Source of the DNA: a virus
Taxonomy: Duplodnaviria; Heunggongvirae; Uroviricota; Caudoviricetes
Length of the DNA: 64,000 bases
Direction: 5' to 3' (one strand)
IMG/VR virus record: IMGVR_UViG_2687453454_000003
Location: 1-64,000 of that record
This document shows positions 52,101 to 60,400 of this stretch, piece by piece; position 1 is the first letter of the stretch, and every line of letters begins with the position of its first letter. The translations under genes and the position numbers were made by a program. The notes beneath the pieces are model-generated. The model searched no databases, was not told the DNA's origin, and saw only the letters and a list, made by a program, of their open reading frames with translations.

Positions 52101-52256
52101 AAGATTAATCAAATTATAACAAGTAACTATGATTTAAAAAGAACTGAAGAAGAAGCATTGAAAGAGTTAGCAAAAAACATTGGCATTAAAAGAAAATTAA
52201 TTCTCACACCCAAGATTAGTGATGCCTTTAATACGTTAAACCGCATAGGACATTAA
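49104..52256 (+). CDS. metallophosphoesterase / P-loop NTPase fusion protein (1050 aa), AT-rich moron
   Basis: ATG at 49104 after AAGGGA; calcineurin-like motifs LSDLHL, FTGDLTF, GNHD, CHHP, GHMH; Walker A GNHSSGKTSLL near residue 400; Walker B VIYIDNLDN; about 500 aa helical C-terminus. Confidence 0.7.
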   Translation: MKSIVHLSDLHLSDSKKYGFHWKKAKELVTVLVNDIHSLSKENNLQIDAIFFTGDLTFSGTKEQFQLFDEHFLSPLIQKLNISKKNIFITPGNHDVDRSKVHPLEKQLRTGSDENFISSYFDMINNGEYSWERLYEYCEYNKTILDHHSDVEQSGRMITCFKVTNKLYVVSVNSAWLAMDDNDIGNLRITQKQIDFINRAKIPSDAKIILLCHHPLDWLNKNDRDIFSTFIEKKVSMFFFGHMHDFKQKLESSFCENITLFLQAGTLDTSENVSGYSLINFNSSNVISDGRIFYRKYNKEKTCYEPWEERGNGGVFDFTTEKTLTFDSEKFATLSNEILEKTDKDLLINIGISDEKKKSLRTLFTEPNFLEFALGAMPSMEIKSTQELLEGRNNLVIVGNHSSGKTSLLKYLFIKSLEKQASKDFSNFAFFLDLNAIELNSLNTIVSALCTQYFNADSTTSFEEKIKKMLHEGRCVIYIDNLDNINTKEQCVISDFFIKFKECRFIVTAGYNNSDLVVKILSDESKAKFHAIAIGSLRRSNVRDIVSRWHDTTSQNIIYKEITRTINNSQLPHNYFTYSMLLAIYEVDHDVKGILSESDIIENFIEILLRKHFMDTPPNKPQFKELRHFLGYLGFTLFKNKCNFISNNELLQTAIIFNRDTMHDYQVEDYIKPLKECGILKEELCNVIFSQPCFLYYSIAYFMKHNEELKKEILSDNNYLHLHKVIEYYSSQNSSSLDLLYLLKKKTNAIKSSLSERMLEDKGINIEDIKIEDSNTFSILDMVSTQDDFEKKIESLRADREKDDARLDELSPLSDKDKKANISNVRAEGNNNLLHDLINTLSLYARVFRSTELSMERENILNIFNDLVKGYVFYMKASLVLMDDSFVLPVILPALEKKMQEDKLTDNERQRVFEMFKLVLSLVRSMIPNNIQFIMSNDLSSKKPRIANIITESKDSNSNPVEKAILTFTLMDIKDEMVIQLANDLAKIQNKVVQESLFFKINQIITSNYDLKRTEEEALKELAKNIGIKRKLILTPKISDAFNTLNRIGH

Positions 52257-52273
52257 AATGCCACTTTTTTGAT

Positions 52274-52293
52274 ATAATTAAAAACCACCCGTA
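52274..52293 (+). terminator. hairpin ACCACCC-gtaaca-GGGTGGT after the phosphoesterase-NTPase gene
   Basis: 7-bp stem directly after the stop codon; weak U-tract. Confidence 0.35.
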
Positions 52294-52359
52294 ACAGGGT
52301 GGTTCTCTACCTCTGCTGCAATATATCTCAAATAATTAAAACGAGCAGGAATTTACCTA

Positions 52360-52539
52360 TCAAAAAACTTGACTACCGGAATTCGAATTTAAAACCCCAT
52401 TAGTATTTTTAGGTTTTGTCATTTTCAAATTAGCTTTCATACTACATGCCATAAAATATTGGGTAAGAAAAATGGTATTTAAATGATTCCAAGAAGTAGT
52501 TTTATCATAAAAATAATTAATTCTTTGTTTCTTATTCAT
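52360..52539 (-). CDS. small hypothetical protein (59 aa) in the AT-rich island
   Basis: ATG at 52539 preceded by AAGGAG with 5-nt spacing; convergent with the large gene. Confidence 0.3.
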   Translation of the reverse strand: MNKKQRINYFYDKTTSWNHLNTIFLTQYFMACSMKANLKMTKPKNTNGVLNSNSGSQVF

Positions 52540-52771
52540 GCACACTCCTTAGTAAAATATAGAAATAAAAGACAAATCACTTATAAATGTCATGTTAAAA
52601 AAAATTCTCATCATGATTATTGATGAGTGATTTTATATTATCAAAAAATTATATTATTAACAACTCTTGTTTATTACTCAACCAATACCAAAATCATTAG
52701 CCACGCATATATATTTTCAAACATATAAAAACAACACACAATATAAAATCCAGCCACAAAAACTCGCACTT

Positions 52772-53131
52772 CTATTTTATGAAATAAAAACACCCTTCAA
52801 TAAAACCTAAAGCAGTTTGCAATTCCTTTCTAATCGTACCGTCCGAACATTTTCGCCTCTTCGCAATAGTTCTAAGCGAAATACCAATAACAAAATGAGC
52901 TATAATTAGCTCATATTCCTCTGGTTTATACTTACACAGGCGGGCAACACAGCCGTCTATCATGATGCCTTCATCATCATCACACTGAAGGCGTATTTTT
53001 TTACCATGAGGTAAAAGCCCCTTAAAGCCTGCTGCTATCGGCTGCCAGTCCACACCACTGTTATCTGCTGCAGCCCATGCTCCCCAGCGGTCCAAAACTT
53101 CATACATATCACGCATCAACTTTCTCCACAA
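52772..53131 (-). CDS. late-gene antiterminator Q-like protein
   Basis: 119 aa; C-terminal HTH-like GISLRTIAKRRKCSDGTIRKEL; position upstream of late region; family from recollection. Confidence 0.45.
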   Translation of the reverse strand: MWRKLMRDMYEVLDRWGAWAAADNSGVDWQPIAAGFKGLLPHGKKIRLQCDDDEGIMIDGCVARLCKYKPEEYELIIAHFVIGISLRTIAKRRKCSDGTIRKELQTALGFIEGCFYFIK

Positions 53132-53133
53132 AA

Positions 53134-54129
53134 TCAGGCCAGCACACCAATTGCCAGTGCACGATCGATAAAACGAAATATCAGCTCCAGCTGGGAGCCA
53201 TACTTCTCTTCAAATGCCACGGTATCCGCATGCAGCTCGTCGTGATGCTTTCTGCACAAAGGCAACACAAAGAGGTCATGCGCTTTTGTACCCATTCCCC
53301 CCTGACCGTGGCCTATCAGGTGGTGGGGATCATCAGCGGGCTTTCCACAACATGCACACGGCTGTGTCTTAACCCAGCGCGTGTACTTCTCATTAACCCA
53401 GCGGCGACGTTTTGGGCGTAACATAAAAGACTCCGGCGACTCCGGATCCACTTTCAGCGCCAGCACCTTTTTTGCCTTATCCTGGATGATGCTGGTGGCA
53501 GGAACCGAAGGCACAAGGTCACTTTCCCGGGTGACAGACGGCACAACAGGCTTTGGTAATCTCAGTGCCTTACGGGCTGCACTTTCCGGTAAGGCATCCG
53601 CTAGGTCATTACGAATCAGCCACCAGCACAGTTCCGGCATTGTCACAACGTGACTATCATCAAAACCGAGATCCCGACGCACAACAGACAACACCCAGCG
53701 GGCACAGTTATCCGTTGCCATTGATTCCAGCCGTTCCGTGAACTGATCGCGCAGCTGGTTATCACAGTGCCAGCACAGACGGATTGCGCCCGGAGCGTGT
53801 CGCATTGTGGTCATGTTCTCGCTGTGCCAGTCGGAATGAGGCCACTGGCAGCCTTTTTCACGAAGTAACCAGCTTTCAAGACATTTCACGCCACCAGCAC
53901 GACGGATCACTGCCTCATTGCGGAACACGGCCCGAACAGCAGGATCATCCGCCAGCGGTTGTGATGCCGCGGGAACGGCACCACTGGCGAAAGATGAATA
54001 ACGTTCCGGCTCAGGCTCCAGCAGTACACGCCCCTGCATAAACAGGGGCATCAGCTCTGAACCTGGTCTGAACAATACGATCCCCATACGCGGGGCAATT
54101 TCAGGAGTCAGTAGTGCTCTCACGGTCAC
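53134..54129 (-). CDS. DUF968-like protein with C-terminal HNH-like Cys/His cluster
   Basis: 331 aa; C-terminal CACCGKPADDPHHLIGHGQ...CRKHHDELH. Confidence 0.55.
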   Translation of the reverse strand: MTVRALLTPEIAPRMGIVLFRPGSELMPLFMQGRVLLEPEPERYSSFASGAVPAASQPLADDPAVRAVFRNEAVIRRAGGVKCLESWLLREKGCQWPHSDWHSENMTTMRHAPGAIRLCWHCDNQLRDQFTERLESMATDNCARWVLSVVRRDLGFDDSHVVTMPELCWWLIRNDLADALPESAARKALRLPKPVVPSVTRESDLVPSVPATSIIQDKAKKVLALKVDPESPESFMLRPKRRRWVNEKYTRWVKTQPCACCGKPADDPHHLIGHGQGGMGTKAHDLFVLPLCRKHHDELHADTVAFEEKYGSQLELIFRFIDRALAIGVLA

Positions 54130-54130
54130 C

Positions 54131-54940
54131 TCAATGAACGGTATCGAGCAGCTTTAACAGCTCAGTGAATCGGGATTCGAAGAAATGCGGCTGCGTCTCG
54201 CGCGGATTTGCAGGACTGGTGATGTTCTTGCCGAACATGCAGCCTTTCGCCGTCAGCGACCAGAATTTTTTGATGTTGTTAATCGCTGTACGGCTGTATC
54301 GTTCGCGCTGTTCGACGATCCCCAGCTTCGCCATCTGGTGATATGCCTGATTAGCCGTCAGGCGGATACCATACTGCTTCAGCAGTGCACTCAGTGACAG
54401 CGTGGGGCGGCTTGAGCCATCAGGCGCGTCAGCAGGAGCATCAATGGCATAACGCGGTGCCAGATTCGGTAAGCCAACAGCCTCCTGGAGTTTCTGACAG
54501 GCCCCAAGCACAGATGAGTTAGACAGATTTAACTCCCGGCGCATAAAGTCCAGCAGAATCACGCCAGCCTGCATCTTGTCAGCAGCCTGTCCGGATAACT
54601 TTTCCGGCGCGCTGGTTACCATATCGAAAGTACGGATCACCTTCAGATGGAATGACGGGCTGATCCACATTGCATAGGCATACACCAGTTCCTTACAGAC
54701 ATACGTTCCCCGTTCATTTCCCCCATGAATCACACTCACCGGGTCAACACCCAAATTCTGGGTGTTGATTAATTCATGAACAAGATCAATAGTTTGTTGG
54801 CTGGAAAGAAACTTTCCTGGCTCCTTGGTTCTGGCATTTGCACCAGATGCTACTGCTGCGCGATGCAGATCGTTCAGGCTGTAACGCTCATAAGCATCAC
54901 GACGAACTTCAATACCATCAATGACCATCAGATTATTCAT
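54131..54940 (-). CDS. KilA-N domain protein
   Basis: N-terminal pattern VRRDAYERYSLNDLHRA...VIHGGNERGTYVCKELVYAYAMWISP. Confidence 0.7.
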   Translation of the reverse strand: MNNLMVIDGIEVRRDAYERYSLNDLHRAAVASGANARTKEPGKFLSSQQTIDLVHELINTQNLGVDPVSVIHGGNERGTYVCKELVYAYAMWISPSFHLKVIRTFDMVTSAPEKLSGQAADKMQAGVILLDFMRRELNLSNSSVLGACQKLQEAVGLPNLAPRYAIDAPADAPDGSSRPTLSLSALLKQYGIRLTANQAYHQMAKLGIVEQRERYSRTAINNIKKFWSLTAKGCMFGKNITSPANPRETQPHFFESRFTELLKLLDTVH

Positions 54941-54959
54941 ACTTCGTTTCTCCTCTTAA

Positions 54960-55348
54960 TCAGGCAGCTGCACCCGCCGTTTTCTCGTACTTACTGATAG
55001 TGATCTCGACCTTTCCTTCCGGGATAACCGGTCCCCACTCCACCAGCATTCTTTTCACCTGACTGTCGTCTTCCCACACCCCGCGTGGGTCAGGGCGTCA
55101 AACAGCGCCTTGTTATAGTTGTCCAGATCGCGGATCCTGTTATCCGGAGGAAACAACACGATCTCCACTGAAGCAGGTGCCGACGTTGGTTTCGGCAGAC
55201 GACGTAACTGCTCAACTATTGCTGCGCACGCCGCGCTCTGGAATTTTCGCCCCGCCGCGCTTATCAGGCTCTTACCAGCAAACGCCCCTTTGTTGGGGTG
55301 TCGCCAGTACGTGTTCACGCTGGGCGGAAAAGGCAGGATCAGCTTCAT
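54960..55348 (-). pseudogene. rusA: RusA-family Holliday junction resolvase with apparent 1-nt indel in a C/G run (55079-55082)
   Basis: ORF ends ..DALTHAGCGKTTVR; the other frame continues VWEDDSQVKRMLVEWGPVIPEGKVEITISKYE.. to a stop at 54960. Confidence 0.65.
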
Positions 55349-55671
55349 ACTTTCAGGCCCCTCTCATGTAACCAGTGGGTTGCACGCAGCCTTGCGTTTT
55401 CCTCACCGGCAAGCAGTGAGCGGATAATCCCGACCGCCTCGCTGTCGTCGTCCTTCACCGCGGTATGAAGCGTGATGCCCCGGGCCACGCCACGCTTTAT
55501 CGTGATGACGCCTTTTTTCTCCAGTGCGCGAAGATGCTCCACCGCTGCATTCACTGAACGGTATCCCAGCATGGTTGCCACCTCCTGATTGGTTGGCGGG
55601 AAGCCACGTTCTTTCTGATAAGAAATCAGCATATCCAGCACCTGCTGCTGGCATTGAGTTAACGTCGTCAT
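55345..55671 (-). CDS. LexA N-terminal DNA-binding-domain-like protein
   Basis: 108 aa; LTQCQQQVLDMLISYQKERGFPPTNQEVATMLGYRSVNAAVEHLRALEKKGVI parallels the LexA wHTH. Confidence 0.5.
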   Translation of the reverse strand: MTTLTQCQQQVLDMLISYQKERGFPPTNQEVATMLGYRSVNAAVEHLRALEKKGVITIKRGVARGITLHTAVKDDDSEAVGIIRSLLAGEENARLRATHWLHERGLKV

Positions 55672-56321
55672 GCCGCCATCTCCCTGACCAGTTTTTCTGC
55701 CTGCTGGCGAACCTGCGCCAGAAAGGCCTCACCACATGCCTCAAGTTCATAGCGCCCGATGTAGCTGATTGCCGGTCCCTTCCAGGTCTTGTCGAAAACA
55801 GCAATAGCACCAGCGAAGAAAGCGCCTGTCGGCACCTGCTTCTCATCCTTCGGGATAAACCAGGCAGGCAGTTCAAAACCAATACGCCCGCGAATAAAAG
55901 CAATATGATCTGCATCTTCCGGCCACCACACTTCGCTGGTGGCAGCTTTGATCAGGAAAACATAGCGCCCGCCTTTATCACGCATGGCACTGGCATGCTT
56001 CATGATGTAACGCATGCCGGTGATGTATTGCCCCTCATGCTGACTGGCGCGGCTGTATGGGGGATTACCAAAGGCAGCACCTTTAAGCTCCGCAAGGCGT
56101 TCTGACCAGTCATGCGCCAGCGCGTTGTCTTCCGCCGTGTAATACGCAGCACATTTGGCGTTATCACCGTCAGTAAACAGATCCAGAACAAACGGGCCAA
56201 ACAGAGTGTTAATTCCCCAGAAAATGTTGTCCGGCGTGCGCCACTGATCGCCCACTTCCTTCAGTTCATGGGCTGGTTTGTTCCGCAGTTCCGCCAGCGC
56301 CTGGCAATATTTATTACTCAT
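55668..56321 (-). CDS. phage N6-adenine DNA methyltransferase (Dam-like), orphan
   Basis: Motif FGNPPYS; start trimmed to MSNKYCQ overlapping the upstream stop. Confidence 0.75.
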   Translation of the reverse strand: MSNKYCQALAELRNKPAHELKEVGDQWRTPDNIFWGINTLFGPFVLDLFTDGDNAKCAAYYTAEDNALAHDWSERLAELKGAAFGNPPYSRASQHEGQYITGMRYIMKHASAMRDKGGRYVFLIKAATSEVWWPEDADHIAFIRGRIGFELPAWFIPKDEKQVPTGAFFAGAIAVFDKTWKGPAISYIGRYELEACGEAFLAQVRQQAEKLVREMAA

Positions 56322-56815
56322 TAAGCCCCCACGTAATTCCCTGAGAGATACCACTCTTCACCTGATGCAGCCCGCTTACTGCTTTTCCGTAAACACCGTT
56401 CACGACGCGCCAGAAAATTGTTTCGTTCTGGCTGGGAGTGGCTTTCACGGAATGCCGCCATCCACACCGTTGCAGCACGACGGTATAAGCCCCTGGACTC
56501 CAGTTCTTCCGCCTGGCGGGTCAGGCACAAAATCACCCGCGGGTCGTTAGTGCCGACATAGAAATTGCGCACAGGTCTGGTTTCACGAACTGGTTGTGGT
56601 TCCGGATCCTGCGCTCTCTCAGTCAGGCGCGGGAAATGTCTGTGTGTATCTCCTTCACAACGGTGAGCCACACGCCCACTCTGACGTAACTTGCTTGCTG
56701 ACTGCAGAACGCGCTGCCGTGAGTAACCTGCAAAAGCATCCGCAATGTCTCCGGAAGTACAGCCCGGATGGGCTTCAATGAATTTCTGAACGTCATTCAA
56801 AAGACTCATGATCAC
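56321..56815 (-). CDS. hypothetical regulatory-type protein sharing a motif with ORF 1..282
   Basis: 164 aa; EELESRGLYRRAATVWMAA. Confidence 0.4.
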   Translation of the reverse strand: MIMSLLNDVQKFIEAHPGCTSGDIADAFAGYSRQRVLQSASKLRQSGRVAHRCEGDTHRHFPRLTERAQDPEPQPVRETRPVRNFYVGTNDPRVILCLTRQAEELESRGLYRRAATVWMAAFRESHSQPERNNFLARRERCLRKSSKRAASGEEWYLSGNYVGA

Positions 56816-57753
56816 CCCCTGAATCCTGCCGGGATCTGGCTGTAGTCCACGTTGTCGTAACTGGCTTTGAAGTACGGGTCTTCACGTTTTTCTGTGTGCG
56901 TGCTGACGGACGGCGATAAGCGCAGGGAAAGCTCATCCCATTTTTCCCGCAACTTCGACGGGCTGAGCACGTTACGGCACCAGAACGGATCGCGGCTGAC
57001 GCGGCTGTACATCTCGCAGATTTGTTTGTGAGTACGACCATCCTGCACACACATCAGGCGAATTTCGTTTGCCCAGGCTGTCCAGTTCGGTTCTTTGGGA
57101 CGAACCACCTCGCCGTCACATTCGGCGGCCTGCTCGTACAGGGCAATGATTTTTTTCCAGAGCCACTGTGCGCAGGTCAAATCATCCTGCGTTCCCCACT
57201 GGCGCTTTTTAGGGCTGAATACAACCGCATCAGGATGGCGAGTTAAAAAATCCTGTTCAGCCGTCTGCGTGTCCGGTTGCGAAGCGTCCGGACGAGAAGG
57301 TTTTTTATCTGACGGATCATGTTTTGATTTTACTGACGGATCCCCGCCAGATTCTGACGGGTGAAAACCCGCTTTTTTGCCAGATTTCGACGCATCAAAT
57401 TTTGACGTGTCAGATTTTGATACGTCAGATTTTGACGGGTCAGAATCTGACAGTTGAGAAAATGCCGCTGCCTGAAGCTTCGCAACGTTAAGCTGATAAA
57501 CATTCGACGCATTGCGGTTACCCTGGCGACGCGCCTTACGCGTTAACCAGCCTTCTGCTTCCAGCCGTGCGATAGCCGTTCTGACGGTACTCATCCCCGC
57601 GCCAATCTGACGGGCAATAGTTTCAATTGATGGCCAGCACACACCTTCGTCATTACTGAAATCAGCCAGGCGGGCCATAATTGCCACGCTGGATAATTTC
57701 ATGCCTGACGCAGCGCAACCATCCCATACATAGCCGGTTAATTTAGTGCTCAT
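56812..57753 (-). CDS. replication initiation protein (lambda O-like role) with origin iterons inside the coding sequence
   Basis: 313 aa; N-terminal wHTH-like region; central SDSDPSKSDVSKSDTSKFDASKS encoded by the DNA iterons. Confidence 0.6.
   Translation of the reverse strand: MSTKLTGYVWDGCAASGMKLSSVAIMARLADFSNDEGVCWPSIETIARQIGAGMSTVRTAIARLEAEGWLTRKARRQGNRNASNVYQLNVAKLQAAAFSQLSDSDPSKSDVSKSDTSKFDASKSGKKAGFHPSESGGDPSVKSKHDPSDKKPSRPDASQPDTQTAEQDFLTRHPDAVVFSPKKRQWGTQDDLTCAQWLWKKIIALYEQAAECDGEVVRPKEPNWTAWANEIRLMCVQDGRTHKQICEMYSRVSRDPFWCRNVLSPSKLREKWDELSLRLSPSVSTHTEKREDPYFKASYDNVDYSQIPAGFRG
57380..57455. repeat. 4-5 iterons of about 15 bp (TCAGATTTTGACG-like), putative replication origin
   Basis: Direct reading: cagatttcgacgcatc / aaattttgacgtgtcag / attttgatacgtcag / attttgacgggtcag / aatctgacag. 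Confidence 0.45.
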
Positions 57754-58101
57754 GACCGACCTCTATTTCCCTGAATTTACGACGAAACTGTTCGAGCGGG
57801 CTGAAGCACTCATGCTCATAGCCTTCACGGAGGTAGATAACCCGTTGTGTTTCCGGCTCCCAACGAATGACTCTGACGGGCACTCCGTAGTGATCTTTGA
57901 ACCAGCGGTTAACTTATCGCAAAGGACTGTCTCCTTCTGCCGGTTGAAATCCCCCACAGCCCACTCAGCAAAGCTGTGGGTTACAATTTCCCTGTCACCT
58001 GGTACATTTACTGCATAGCAATACTCCACCTTCGCTTTTCCACCCGGTACAGGAAGCGCAATCAGTTGCGAGCGACGGTAGTGTGTTGTTAAACTGTTCA
58101 T
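57743..58101 (-). CDS. hypothetical early protein, apparent 1-nt frameshift near 57907-57913
   Basis: N-terminal 70 residues in the ORF-track frame; C-terminal 50 residues protein-like only in the adjacent frame (..[46 protein letters not shown]..). Confidence 0.3.
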
Positions 58102-58655
58102 GCGTTAGTTTCTCCACAACCAGAAGCAATCGACGCCACGACGCCCGGAGCTGCACACTCGCGGGCGTCATTACTTTCTGAAACGCAAAAAATTTTGTAG
58201 ACAAGTGCTGCATGCTCCTGCAGCTTCGAAATTGAGAGGTACAGCTCGTCGTTAATTGCTGTCTTCTCATGCGGTTCCACTACACCGTCTTCGATTGCCG
58301 AACGAATCTGTTTTGAATAACTGCCGATCTGTTCAATGACTTCCAGTAAACGCTGGTTAATATCGGCATTGTCCACATCCTCGACGTCAGGAAGAGACAC
58401 AAAGACGCCATTTGCAGACTGCGCCACAGCGTCGGCAATGAAGTGAGTGCCACCAGCACGTTGTAAAATCATTGCCCATCCCAGCGGGAAAATCTGATCG
58501 CCATCGGCACGAAGGCGGTTAAATAATGCGTTCTCTGTTACATCCAGCCACTCAGCAGCTTCAGCGTAACCCCCCGGCAACGCCGCGATAGTTTTTCTGA
58601 CAGCTTTCACGTACCACTCAGGCTGTTTTTCCACTTTCCAGTGATGATTACCCAC
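58098..58655 (-). CDS. CII-position regulatory protein (YdaT-like)
   Basis: 185 aa directly downstream of the Cro-like gene; family from recollection. Confidence 0.4.
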   Translation of the reverse strand: MGNHHWKVEKQPEWYVKAVRKTIAALPGGYAEAAEWLDVTENALFNRLRADGDQIFPLGWAMILQRAGGTHFIADAVAQSANGVFVSLPDVEDVDNADINQRLLEVIEQIGSYSKQIRSAIEDGVVEPHEKTAINDELYLSISKLQEHAALVYKIFCVSESNDARECAAPGVVASIASGCGETNA

Positions 58656-58908
58656 GGCTTACCTCCTGTTCCTGTGGTTTAAACCCATTCTGGTTTTGGC
58701 TAGATTGAAAACGTGCCGGATAAAGAATCTGCATTTCGCTGATTTCACCCTTAAAAAAATTGGCCAGACGTTCTGCAAGATCGATAGATGGAATTTGTTC
58801 CAGTCTTTCAATACGACTCAGCGTCGCTGGATTGACCTGAACGCCAGCAGCAACATGCTGCAAAGTAAATCCGTGCGCCTTACGCACATTCCGTAATGGT
58901 GATTGCAT
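58648..58908 (-). CDS. Cro-like HTH regulator
   Basis: 86 aa; HTH LQHVAAGVQVNPATLSRIER; divergent from the CI-like repressor. Confidence 0.6.
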   Translation of the reverse strand: MQSPLRNVRKAHGFTLQHVAAGVQVNPATLSRIERLEQIPSIDLAERLANFFKGEISEMQILYPARFQSSQNQNGFKPQEQEVSRG

Positions 58909-59005
58909 ATAACCTCCACATATTGCGTGATGAGCATATTATTTCACGCAAATATTTTGCGCAAGTTGATTTGCTTAACGCGCAATAAAGAAATGTAATA
59001 AACGC
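58909..59005. promoter_or_regulatory. divergent promoter/operator region between cro-like and cI-like genes
   Basis: Repeated half-sites TTGCGTGA / TCACGCAA (58924-58950), TTGCGCAA (58956-58963), CGCGCAA (58980-58986). Confidence 0.5.
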
Positions 59006-59698
59006 ATGAACATAGGAAACCGAGTCAGACAACTTCGCCAGGCGAAGAACATGAAAATCGCCGATCTCGCTGAAGCAATAGGAGTGGATGCGGCGAATAT
59101 CTCACGCCTGGAAACAGGTAAGCAGAAACAATTCACTGAACAAGCCCTGAGTAATATTGCCAGGAGCTTAGGTGTTGATATTGCTGATCTCTTTACCTCA
59201 GACGTCAAAAGTAATACTGTATGTAAAAACAGTATTAGTGAGGATGTTGCGCAGGTGAAGGATGTATTCCGTATTGAAATGCTGGATGTCAGTGCCAGTG
59301 CGGGAAATGGCCTTATCCAGGGCGGTGATGTCATTGATGTGATTCATGCCATTGAATACAGAACTGATAATGCTGTATCGATGTTTGGCGGACGGCCAGC
59401 CAATCACATTAAAGTTATCAACGTTCGTGGGGACAGTATGTGTCCAACCATTGAGCCAGGAGATCTCATCTTCGTTGATGTCAGTATCAATCAGTTTGAT
59501 GGAGATGGTATCTATGTATTTGGTTTTGATGATAAAATTTATGTCAAACGACTGCAAATGATACCTGACAAACTACTGGTGATTTCTGATAACCAGATTT
59601 ACCGTGAATGGGGAATTACCAGCGAAAATGAACACCGGTTTATGGTCTTTGGAAAGGTCTTAATCAGCCAGTCACAAACCCTTAAGCGACACAATTAA
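59006..59698 (+). CDS. CI-like repressor (HTH plus S24 LexA-like peptidase domain)
   Basis: 230 aa; N-terminal HTH NRVRQLRQAKNMKIADLAEAIGV; C-terminal VRGDSMCPTIEPGDLIFVD ... KR catalytic Ser/Lys pattern. Confidence 0.85.
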   Translation: MNIGNRVRQLRQAKNMKIADLAEAIGVDAANISRLETGKQKQFTEQALSNIARSLGVDIADLFTSDVKSNTVCKNSISEDVAQVKDVFRIEMLDVSASAGNGLIQGGDVIDVIHAIEYRTDNAVSMFGGRPANHIKVINVRGDSMCPTIEPGDLIFVDVSINQFDGDGIYVFGFDDKIYVKRLQMIPDKLLVISDNQIYREWGITSENEHRFMVFGKVLISQSQTLKRHN

Positions 59699-60400
59699 CC
59701 CTTACCTCCTCATCAATTAGCCACCCAAAGGTGGCTTTTCATCACCCTTTAAATTGCATACCTCGCAACAAAAACACTTGCATAATGCGCAACTTCATTT
59801 TATCTTTCTTTCCAGACAAACAAACAAGGTACTAACAAAATTTGGTTGTAACACGGCGTATGGCACATGCGTCGTTAGCGGTCTGGGGACGTTAAAGGGG
59901 ACAATCCACTCCTTGCTCGGGCAAACAAACCAGGTAGCCGGAATGTGCAAGTCAATGATGATGCTGATAAGACGCCTAACCAGCGTGGCGATTCGGTTTG
60001 ACGCCTGGGAAGAGACCAGGGTGCAACGATGAGGGCATTTATGGAGCCGCGACAAAGTGTGGTGCCGTAACTGGCTAAGTGCTCTCAGCGTTGTGGTAAT
60101 CCGCGAAATGGCGCGGCGGTAAGTATGGCGGGGTTACTCTTTCCCCGTTGAGGACACCGGATTGTCAGGTTGACCATACGCCTGAGTGACAACCCCACCA
60201 CAACAGCCACTGCTTTGGCGGTACCAGCTTGTATCCTTGCTTCCGGCTGGTACCGTCCTTTTTACAAAACAGAGAAGAGCATCACCGGACGACGGGCTCA
60301 TAACCCAATCCATCCGGGCGGCTGCCACCGCAGGTGTTCTTCTCTGTTTTGTGGAGAAACCAACCGACTTTGCAGGGTCGATATGATGAGGAGCAGCAAA

